A DNA stretch of 64,000 nt from a virus. Positions 35,988 to 43,286 of the stretch are shown in pieces. The position numbers were made by a program, and so were the translations under genes. Position 1 is the stretch's first letter. Every line of letters starts with the position of its first letter. The notes under the pieces were generated by a model that made no database searches, was not told where the DNA came from, and saw only the letters and a list, made by a program, of their open reading frames with translations. The stretch lies in IMG/VR virus record IMGVR_UViG_3300045988_154312, positions 128,001 through 192,000 of that record; one strand, written 5' to 3'.

Positions 35988-36043
35988 TTATGAGGGTATT
36001 TTGCCCTCAGTATTTTATTTGTTTCATAGAGGAGGAAATTGTC

Positions 36044-36421
36044 ATGAAAAAGATTACTGTTATTAGAAAAAACGGCGTAATTGCCGATGTTGTAGTAAGT
36101 GGCACTGAAGAGCAAGGTAAAAACTTGTTTTTAGACCATCCGTTGTTCAAGAATTATTTCGTTCGGGAAGCTAGAGTATTTGCCCCAGAAACCGAATGTT
36201 GGCGGTTCAGCGTTCCTAACCATGACGACATGGAAGTGTCTGTAATCAGAAGCTCCATGACTTATGGAGGAGCAGAAGGGCTATTCGAGTTGGCGATGCT
36301 TCGCAATGATAGATGCATATATGATACGCCTATCACCAACGATGTAGTTGGTTGGCTAGATGAACAAGATGTACTGGACATCTTAGAAGATGTTCAACGC
36401 ATCTACGGAGAGGAGGCATAG
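36044..36421 (+). CDS. Hypothetical protein
   Basis: SD AGAGGAGGAAA, then ATG 36044 (MKKITVIRKNG...). Confidence 0.65.
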   Translation: MKKITVIRKNGVIADVVVSGTEEQGKNLFLDHPLFKNYFVREARVFAPETECWRFSVPNHDDMEVSVIRSSMTYGGAEGLFELAMLRNDRCIYDTPITNDVVGWLDEQDVLDILEDVQRIYGEEA

Positions 36422-36422
36422 C

Positions 36423-36710
36423 ATGAAATTTATTCTTTTCGGTGAAGCTATGCCGAAGACAGAATTTAATAGCCCAGACTGCTACCATGCGTTACAATAT
36501 GTTTTGAACACCTTCTTCAAGGATTGTGTCGTTGCAGAAAATGTGACATCCTTAGAAGAAGATGTCGTAGCGGTCTGTATTCGTTCGTGGGCAAACATCA
36601 GTTCTGAAGAAGAACCGGTATCCTATGAACGTCATCCTGCATATTTATTGGACGAAGGGAGATATAACAAATTATCTCCTAGTACTCTAGCAATCATTGC
36701 TGGAGATTAG
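36423..36710 (+). CDS. Hypothetical protein
   Basis: ATG 36423 directly after the upstream TAG. SD GGAGAGGAGG lies inside the upstream gene end. Confidence 0.6.
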   Translation: MKFILFGEAMPKTEFNSPDCYHALQYVLNTFFKDCVVAENVTSLEEDVVAVCIRSWANISSEEEPVSYERHPAYLLDEGRYNKLSPSTLAIIAGD

Positions 36711-36738
36711 CCCCCCGCCGGGGCTAAACCTTCTACGG
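36709..36738 (+). promoter_or_regulatory. Hairpin + CCTTCTACG element directly after a stop codon
   Basis: agcccc-ccgcc-ggggct, then aaaCCTTCTACGgg. Confidence 0.4.
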
Positions 36739-36829
36739 GATTACTATGTCGATATTTACGGCATGGTGCTCCTGTTGAAGAATATATATAGTCTTATGTA
36801 CGGCTATGTACATTTCTCTATGTATCACA

Positions 36830-36853
36830 CGCCCCCGCCGGGGCGAAATCTTC
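36830..36853 (+). promoter_or_regulatory. Hairpin-GAAATC motif copy (4-nt loop variant)
   Basis: cgcccc-cgcc-ggggcg-AAATCTTC, 73 nt upstream of ATG 36904. Confidence 0.5.
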
Positions 36854-36903
36854 TTTGAGGGGTTCTTCCCTCATATTCGTCGTTCTGTGAAGGAGGAGAA
36901 AAT

Positions 36904-37068
36904 ATGTTTATCACAGGATTATATAATTATACGTTATTAACTCCAAATGGAGCTTATATTTCCGTACAAAGTACGGACGGTGTGTTTGATATTCTTCGTG
37001 AGAACGAAGGGTGTCAATTTATATCTAAAACATTAGTTGGTTATCAAAGTTGTGCAATGGCTGATTAA
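36904..37068 (+). CDS. Small hypothetical protein (54 aa, below ORF-track cutoff)
   Basis: SD AGGAGGAGAAAAT-ATG. MFITGLYNYTLLTPNG...AMAD. A hairpin follows the stop. Confidence 0.55.
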   Translation: MFITGLYNYTLLTPNGAYISVQSTDGVFDILRENEGCQFISKTLVGYQSCAMAD

Positions 37069-37153
37069 TGTAGAGGTGCTGGTAAGAGATTGCCGGCACC
37101 TTGCTTTAATTTAGTATTTGATATTTCATTATAAACATGAGGAGGTATACATC

Positions 37154-37300
37154 ATGTTAAAGAAACAATTTATTGGTTGGTTAAACGATTTTTACGCGGA
37201 AAATCCTATCACTTTCCGCATCTTTTGGTTTTTGGTGGGCTGGTTTATCGGCTCCACTGTCAAGATGGCTGTACTACAACATCGTCTAGCAAAACGCTAG
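37154..37300 (+). CDS. Small membrane protein (48 aa)
   Basis: SD GAGGAGG, then ATG 37154. Hydrophobic FRIFWFLVGWFIGSTV segment. Confidence 0.55.
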   Translation: MLKKQFIGWLNDFYAENPITFRIFWFLVGWFIGSTVKMAVLQHRLAKR

Positions 37301-37339
37301 CGGTGTAATGATTTCGCTGGAGGGTTAACTTTTGAAGTT

Positions 37340-37360
37340 TCCCCTCCGGGGCGAAATCTC
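37340..37360 (+). promoter_or_regulatory. Hairpin-TCC-GAAATCTC motif copy
   Basis: cccc-TCC-gggg-c-GAAATCTC, followed by ~340 nt without an ORF. Confidence 0.5.
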
Positions 37361-37698
37361 CTGTGACCTTCTCATTAATAGTAGGTCATGTTTTATTTCA
37401 TATAAAGCTTTATATGGAATGCTATGAGGTGTATGTTAATGTACTCATAATACCTCCCTTTAATAGATGCTTAACAATCTGATATGTATCTCATAGCATT
37501 CGATATAAGGTTTTATATACCTTAAAGTAAAGCCGTAGACTTAAAAAGTCTTAAGCTGTAGAAGCCGTTGGGACCGGCTCAAAAGAATAAGGACTTTTAG
37601 TCAAACTTCTTAATAAGATGATTTAATATCATCTTTAAAATTGTATAGTCAAATGTTTTATTTGTTATACAAAGTTCCTAACCTTACGGGAGAAGACA

Positions 37699-37719
37699 GC
37701 CCCTCCGGGGCGAAATCTC
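37699..37719 (+). promoter_or_regulatory. Hairpin-TCC-GAAATCTC motif copy
   Basis: gcccc-TCC-ggggc-GAAATCTC, 219 nt upstream of ATG 37918. Confidence 0.5.
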
Positions 37720-37832
37720 TCATGGGGCTTTCTGTGTGGAGGTCCCTTTCATACTTTTCTCCTCTCTCTCGCGGTGAGAAACTGCGGGAGATATGAGCGT
37801 TAGATGAGCGTTGACTTATCTAGCGTTGATAT

Positions 37833-37868
37833 CTCTTGCATGTGTGTTGATGCAAGAGGAGATTTTTT
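37833..37868 (+). terminator. Terminator-like hairpin inside the 5' leader of the 37918 gene
   Basis: ctcttgca/tgcaagag stem, then gagattttttc, about 50 nt before the start codon. Confidence 0.4.
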
Positions 37869-37917
37869 CACCACGAGAAGCTCAGTCGTGGTACTTTCAA
37901 AGAAAGGAGACATTTAT

Positions 37918-38625
37918 ATGTCTAAATTTGCAAACGTTGTATGTTATTTGTTCGGCTCCAACTCTAATGGTTGGGCACAAATGTTATCCGCTGTTGTAGA
38001 GGGTGTTCCTGGTGTCCGTGACACCAAACCTGTCAGAATTGAAACAGCAGGTCAATCTTATGTGGGTATGGGCTGTAATGCCGTAGCCCAAATCTTGGAG
38101 TTGTTCGCCAACAAGTCCGTTAATTACGGACAGTTCACTGGTGAAGTAGTGACTAGCGACGCTGTCGCTATCCGCTGTTATTCTATCATGAAAGCTATTA
38201 AAGATGGCTTAACGCCAGCTAAAGTAGCTGACCATGTTATGAAAGAAGCGGATACAGCTGAAGACCGCGAGCAGTTTAAGCGTCTTGCTATGGCAATCAA
38301 AGACTGTCAAAGCCAGGGTGTGCGTCTTCGCATTAGCCGTCTTTCCCAAGAGCACAGTTATGCTCTTGAGGTGCCAGAAGGAGTAGAACTCCAAGCTGGC
38401 GACGTGGTCAAATTTGACCGCGGTGTATCCGAAGACGGTGTCAAACTTGCGTATGGAGTGCAATCCAGCTACGCTTATGAAGTGGCTGAGGTCAATGATG
38501 AGCTTAAAGCTCTCAGACCTAAAAACACTCCAAATAGCAAGCACAGAATGGCGTGCGTTAACGCCACTCTTAACTTGATTCGCGAAATCAAGGCAGAAGA
38601 GGTCTCCGCAGAAGACCTCATCTAA
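37918..38625 (+). CDS. Hypothetical protein
   Basis: SD AAAGGAGA, then ATG 37918 (MSKFANVVCYLFG...). The upstream in-frame extension lacks an SD. Confidence 0.65.
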   Translation: MSKFANVVCYLFGSNSNGWAQMLSAVVEGVPGVRDTKPVRIETAGQSYVGMGCNAVAQILELFANKSVNYGQFTGEVVTSDAVAIRCYSIMKAIKDGLTPAKVADHVMKEADTAEDREQFKRLAMAIKDCQSQGVRLRISRLSQEHSYALEVPEGVELQAGDVVKFDRGVSEDGVKLAYGVQSSYAYEVAEVNDELKALRPKNTPNSKHRMACVNATLNLIREIKAEEVSAEDLI

Positions 38626-38629
38626 CATT

Positions 38630-38656
38630 GGGGGCATTTTGCCCCCTTTATTTTTA
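38630..38656 (+). terminator. Intrinsic terminator
   Basis: gggggc-atttt-gccccc, then tttattttt. Confidence 0.8.
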
Positions 38657-38678
38657 TTAGTAAAGGAGGGAGCCCCTG

Positions 38679-39167
38679 ATGGCTACTTTTAATATTAAGC
38701 ATTCCAACCAATCTATTCTTGACTATATGAGAGAAAAGATTACGGTTGAGTATAATGGCTCTGTCGAAGATGTCGACGGAGGCATTAAAGTTGAGGTTGA
38801 TGACAATCACCTTAAAGACATTACGGACGCATTCAGCCGTGCGAAACGTAATGCCATGTTCTCAGGCTGGGTAAAATCTGCCACTAAGTTTGTTGGCAGA
38901 CAAGCTGACACTGTGAAAGATGTCGGCATCGGTGCAGTTGGCATTAGCGCCAAAGGTATCTTTGGTGGTCTTAAAAAGACTGCTGAAGTAGCTATGGGTG
39001 CTACTGCTGTAATCGTAAACGAGGGTAAAGAAGCTTGGAAAGAAGCTTCTGTGAGCGATGAGCTCAGAAACCTCAAGAAATCCTTCGGTAGTACTGGCAA
39101 TGATACAGAAGGTATCGAAATCATTAAGGAAGATACTGTAGAAAATACTGCTGGCGAAAGAGCCTAG
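38679..39167 (+). CDS. Hypothetical protein with Gly/Ala-rich hydrophobic core
   Basis: SD AAAGGAGGGAG. VGIGAVGISAKGIFGGL...AMGATAVIV segment. Confidence 0.65.
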   Translation: MATFNIKHSNQSILDYMREKITVEYNGSVEDVDGGIKVEVDDNHLKDITDAFSRAKRNAMFSGWVKSATKFVGRQADTVKDVGIGAVGISAKGIFGGLKKTAEVAMGATAVIVNEGKEAWKEASVSDELRNLKKSFGSTGNDTEGIEIIKEDTVENTAGERA

Positions 39168-39367
39168 CAGTATAGACGATTGCTATTAATCGTCGGTAAA
39201 TATTAATAGCAGTTGCTCTAGTTGTCAGGGGCGAGTGTAGGTGACAACCTTATTCTAGTTATTTAGGATATTCCTAACTAGAACTGATAAGATAACTATG
39301 AATATCCTTATTATACAGTAATTTTATGCTTTGGACTGTATAATAGAATAAAAAGCACTAGAAATAG

Positions 39368-39420
39368 GGTTTAGTCTAGAGGAGCAGGGTTTGCTCTTCT
39401 AGGCTAAACCTTTATTTTTT
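39368..39420 (+). terminator. Long-stem intrinsic terminator
   Basis: 18-bp stem ggtttagtctagaggagc/gctcttctaggctaaacc (two G-T pairs), then tttatttttt. Confidence 0.7.
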
Positions 39421-39648
39421 CTTATGTTGAATATACATTTAGGTAATACTGTTGTTACAGCGTTAGCTAAATGTATATTTTTTTATAATTCGCGAAAAGC
39501 ATACCGCCTGAGTACGTATGGCGTAATTCGGGTGTCAGCTTTAGCGAAAGTCCATTTTTTTGGACACTTTTGGCAGGGGCTAATTTTTTTAGTGACTGCT
39601 TTTTTTTATCGGAACGATTACGTTTCCGATCGCCAAGAATTATTAAGG

Positions 39649-40443
39649 AGCGAGCGTCAGCGAGCGAATGTATATTTGTTTGTATATAAGCCCGAGCGAG
39701 CGAAGCGAGCGGAGGGCGTTTATTAGGTTCTCTGTGTACTCTCTTCCAAGAGAGTAGTTTTGTTTATTATTTGTATTGTAAGGCGAGCGAAGCGAGCCGT
39801 TAATATTCTTTGTTTACTTTCTTCTTAAGAAAGTAAGTATTGTATTATTTATTAGTAGTAGTTCTCTGCTATCTCTCTTGTAAAGAGAGTAGTTATGTAT
39901 TATATATATTTATATATGTAGATTCTCTGTTATCTCTCTTCTCAAGAGAGTAATTAGTTATTTATATATATATGTATCATAATAGTATTAACGCAGCGAG
40001 CGAAGCGAGCGGAGTATCTGTTATGTATAGTATATAGTTATTCCCGACGAGTGAGGAGGATACGACGAGCGAGTTGTAGTGTCCTAGCGTAAGCGACGAT
40101 CATAAGAGTATATATTTATATATTATATATAGGGCGAGCGAAGCGACCGTCAGGGAGCGGAGCGAGCATAGTATTATTATATAATATATTATAGGGAGCC
40201 TCAGCGACCGGAGTATATATATAGTCTTATAGGAGCTAGATAGGCAATAAGGATTGATAAGGATTTAGTATATCGTGATATAGTATATCGTATTATACTA
40301 TAGTAGTATATAGTCGATCCTTATTTACAGTAAGAAGGAAAAATCGGCCTTGAATTTCTGGAACCGAAGGTTTTAAAAAATTACGATATTTTCCGCCCGG
40401 GAGTATCTGTATCATATATATAGTAGGGAGCGTTAGCGACCGA
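39649..40443. repeat. Dispersed GC-rich repeat family (GCGAGCGAAGCGAGCGGAG and AGGGAGC-N3-AGCGACCG variants)
   Basis: Copies at ~39693, 39782, 39993, 40132, 40195 and 40425 embedded in TATATA-rich DNA. Confidence 0.7.
39728..39952. repeat. Four TTCT(C/T)TG-flanked hairpin repeats with covarying stems
   Basis: 39728-39757 (tactctctt/aagagagta), 39807-39837 (tactttctt/aagaaagta), 39862-39892 and 39923-39952. Confidence 0.75.
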
Positions 40444-41524
40444 TGGTATCATATATATACGTTAGTATATATTAAGTATTTTCTGCCGTCGGTATTTTGT
40501 TAAAAGAGAGACTAGTATATGTAATAATAGCCGCTTAGGATATTATGGTTTATATATAATATGTTTTTAGTTAATGTTTTTACTGTACATATTATATGTA
40601 CAGGTATTAAAAACTTTTAGGGTGGGATATCTTATAATAATATTGAACGTCAGTGAAATGTTATTATAGATTTAAATCTTATATTAGATATAATTTTAAT
40701 GAGAGCTATTAATGTGAAGAATAGGGAGCGCCGCGAATCTATTCAGCTATTAAAATTCTTAGTCGACACGATAGTATAGTATGGTAGAGATCGTGTCGAT
40801 AGGTTACGAGTGCTAACGAGTTATATGTAGAATTCGTTATTAAGAATAGTGTTATCGATGTAGCTTGCGAAGAGAAATAGTATTCTTTAGAATTCGTAAC
40901 AATATATCTAATGCGTTTGTGTGTCTATCGATATATATCAAGAAAATATATACCGACGTGTGCGAATGGAGTTTACGAAGTGTGGCACGCAATCAATTTT
41001 TATATCTCGTAACGAAGCCGTTTACGGTTCGTATTAGTATTATATATAGCGAAGCGAACAATGTAAGCGGAATGTAACTATATAATATTTAATACGAATT
41101 ATACCAAAGTATTAGAAGTTAGTAAGCGTCTAATAAGTAGGTGGTTTTTTGTTTGGGATCCGCCGTTATCTTAGTATTTCATTTACTAGCTAAGGTATTT
41201 AAAAGTCCCTTGCGTTTATTTTAGTCGAGTTATTATTTAATATATATTATATATAATAATAACGAAGAGCCATTACTGTTAAGAATGGATAGTAGACGAA
41301 ATTGGGAACGGGCCCCAATAATAGTTATTAGATTTTTAATATAATAACGTTAATGGTTCGTCGTGTACGATCCTCTGCGAGTTGTTTATCTTCACAGCAG
41401 ATTAATTACTATTAAGAGTTTGGAGCATTTTTAAAATGGGACAACATTTTGTTAGTATTCTTTGTCTATATTATATATATAAAAAAAAGACCCCCATGGG
41501 GCCGTTATATATTGTTTTGTATCT

Positions 41525-41561
41525 GGAGCGGTGAAACTTCGTTTCACCGGTATATTACTCA
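41525..41561 (+). promoter_or_regulatory. U1: GGAGC-[9-bp stem, TTC loop]-GTATATTACTCA element
   Basis: cggtgaaac-ttc-gtttcaccg with invariant flanks. One of three tandem copies. Confidence 0.45.
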
Positions 41562-41684
41562 TGCTTGAGTAAGAGTTATTTAAAAAATAAAAAAATATGT
41601 CAGAAAATAAAAAAGACCCCGAAGGGCCGTTTTTATATAATTATTTTTTTAATGTTCAGCTGTCGCTATCAATAATAAATTATT

Positions 41685-41722
41685 GGAAGCGGTGTAACGT
41701 AGTTACACCGGTATATTACTCA
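41685..41722 (+). promoter_or_regulatory. U2: GGAAGC-[9-bp stem, GTA loop]-GTATATTACTCA element
   Basis: cggtgtaac-gta-gttacaccg. The stem differs from U1 by compensatory changes. Confidence 0.45.
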
Positions 41723-41846
41723 CTTTAGATGCTTAGTTGTCAAAAAATAAAAAAATATTTTTTATTTAATTATATATATAGCAAACAATAAAAAAAAACA
41801 GCCTTAGATTTTTATATCCAAGACTGTTTTGTGTGTGTAAATTTCA

Positions 41847-41881
41847 GGAGCGGTGAACTGCGTTCACCGGTATATTACTCA
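41847..41881 (+). promoter_or_regulatory. U3: GGAGC-[8-bp stem, TGC loop]-GTATATTACTCA element
   Basis: cggtgaac-tgc-gttcaccg. Confidence 0.45.
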
Positions 41882-41985
41882 TATTAGTATATCATTAATT
41901 AATTTTGTAAAAATAATTAAATATTCATTATTAATGCATAATTGAAAGTACGGATATTTTTAAGTAAAAAAAATACAAAAAATTA

Positions 41986-42011
41986 AAGTCAGATAATATC
42001 TGGCTTTTTTT
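41986..42011 (+). terminator. Intrinsic terminator-like hairpin
   Basis: aagtcagat-aat-atctggctt, then a T run. Confidence 0.5.
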
Positions 42012-42633
42012 AATTTTGGTGTCGCCTGCGGTATATATAGGAAACAATAAAACATAATATACAGAATATGTATATTTATGAATACGAGCTTTTTTCAAAA
42101 GCGTTCTTCGACCATAGCTTACTCCGAAAAGTTTAAATGAAACGTCGTAAGCGTAGTAGTGACGCGGGTTTTTAATAATTTTATGTATAAGATTATTTAG
42201 GGTTAGGAACGATCGATATAAAAATTGCTCCCTTAACAGTTCTTATTCATCTCTTATATATACTATATATATAATATAATAATATTTATTTTTTTAAATA
42301 GTCCGCCGTCTCCTCACGAGCGCCAACACCAGTTATTTATTGCTTTATATACTATATATATAGGTAAAGCTATGGCTTTGTTCGTGCAGAAGATACGGCT
42401 CTTGGACTATAGGTGATACTGACTATACAGTATGCTCCCTTGGGGGGTGGGGGGAGTCAGTAACACTCTCAAGTTAGTTATTTTTATCTAAAAACTAATA
42501 AAAATCGTTTATGGCTATTAAAATGATCATAAGTCCGCAACACTTTAAAATCTCCCTTTAACAGCTAAAAACTAGTATTTTTTAAAATATCAAGTTGCTT
42601 TTATTTGCTATATTTTAGCCTATTTTCATATTA

Positions 42634-42689
42634 GATGTATTTGGTCCGATGTATTTGGTCCGATGTATTTGGTCCGATGTATTTGGTCA
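42634..42689. repeat. 4 x 14-bp perfect tandem direct repeat (iteron-like)
   Basis: GATGTATTTGGTCC x3 plus GATGTATTTGGTCA, followed by ~250 bp of almost pure TATA-type DNA. Confidence 0.9.
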
Positions 42690-43015
42690 CATAATATATT
42701 TAATTAGCGTAGCGTATTACTATATATATCATTAATCTGTTATAGCAACTTTATTAGTACTTAATAGCTGTATATAGTCATATATATAGTTTATTGTTAT
42801 ATTATATATATGGTTTAATATATATTATTAGTATTAAGTTATATTATATATTGCTATACTATGTATATATAATAGTATTAGTATATATGTATTATGTTAT
42901 TATATATTGTATTAAGATATATAATTAAGAGAAACTATTAAATGGAAAGATGCGGGCGATTTTGTATATGGTATTTTATATCAAGTCGTTCACGGATCCG
43001 TATATGGATTTTTAA

Positions 43016-43204
43016 ATGTATTGTATTTTGTCGGAGGAAAATATTATTTTAATAATATCAGCAGTAATTATGTTTTTACTATATAAATTAGGCAATAAAT
43101 TATTTAAAGAGCACTATTATAACAGTCGATTAAAAACTATATATTTAATTTTATGTTTTATAATAGTATGCATATTAATTAGACTATTATATTTATATAT
43201 ATAA
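43016..43204 (+). CDS. Small hydrophobic protein (uncertain)
   Basis: 62-aa ORF with two hydrophobic stretches and no clear SD. Confidence 0.35.
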   Translation: MYCILSEENIILIISAVIMFLLYKLGNKLFKEHYYNSRLKTIYLILCFIIVCILIRLLYLYI

Positions 43205-43222
43205 GATTAATATTCTTTAGTG

Positions 43223-43243
43223 CGTGCTCCGCACCGAAATCTC
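43223..43243 (+). promoter_or_regulatory. Hairpin-TCC-GAAATCTC motif copy
   Basis: gtgc-TCC-gcac-c-GAAATCTC, 63 nt upstream of ATG 43287 (first YY-tail gene). Confidence 0.5.
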
Positions 43244-43286
43244 CCGTAGTCCTTTTTTGTTGTATAGGAGTTAATGAGCGTAGCGA

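Noticed and set aside
35735-36115. 126-aa minus-strand ORF and three overlapping + ORFs (35757, 35761, 35768)
   Set aside because: Four mutually exclusive frames cover the same GC-rich 250 nt and none has translation signals. The minus ORF would also overlap the well-supported gene starting at 36044.
204-38637. Minus-strand and alternative-frame ORFs nested inside long + strand genes (for example 204..437, 897..1187, 3851..4051, 4267..4497, 6509..6814, 10360..10773, 10767..10961, 12311..12574, 13986..14168, 16723..16935, 22511..22696, 30199..30633, 32698..32985, 38209..38637, 38807..39124)
   Set aside because: They lie wholly within better-supported genes, have no SD and show low-complexity or antisense-type composition. 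This is most obvious opposite the Ala/Lys-repeat fibre and the GC-richer polymerase gene, where stops are rare by composition.
26690-39200. GC-richer block as an active integrated mobile element
   Set aside because: No integrase, transposase or homing endonuclease genes and no flanking direct repeats were seen. The block's signature hairpin motif also occurs at 43223, 57587 and 63516 in AT-rich DNA, which argues that it is integrated into the phage's own regulation.
39424-39726. 100-aa ORF at the start of the ORF-free region (and the 70-aa ORF 40865..41077)
   Set aside because: It runs through T runs, hairpins and the GCGAGCGAAGCGAGC repeat (read as ERAKRAE). It has no SD and an implausible composition, so I treat it as non-coding.
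39728-40443. CRISPR array hypothesis for the repeats in the ORF-free region
   Set aside because: The repeats belong to different families, vary in sequence and length, and have irregular 55-200-bp spacing. No cas genes or leader-like organisation are present.
42440-42460. G-quadruplex at cccttggggggtggggggag
   Set aside because: Only two G runs are present, which is insufficient for an intramolecular quadruplex. The tract sits in the loop of a tactgac/gtcagta hairpin.
26430-43015. tRNA or tmRNA genes in the ORF-free stretches
   Set aside because: I scanned by eye for cloverleaf hallmarks (GTTCGAAT/GGTTCRANYC T-arm, 7-bp acceptor pairing) and found none. A tRNAscan-SE run would be the proper check.
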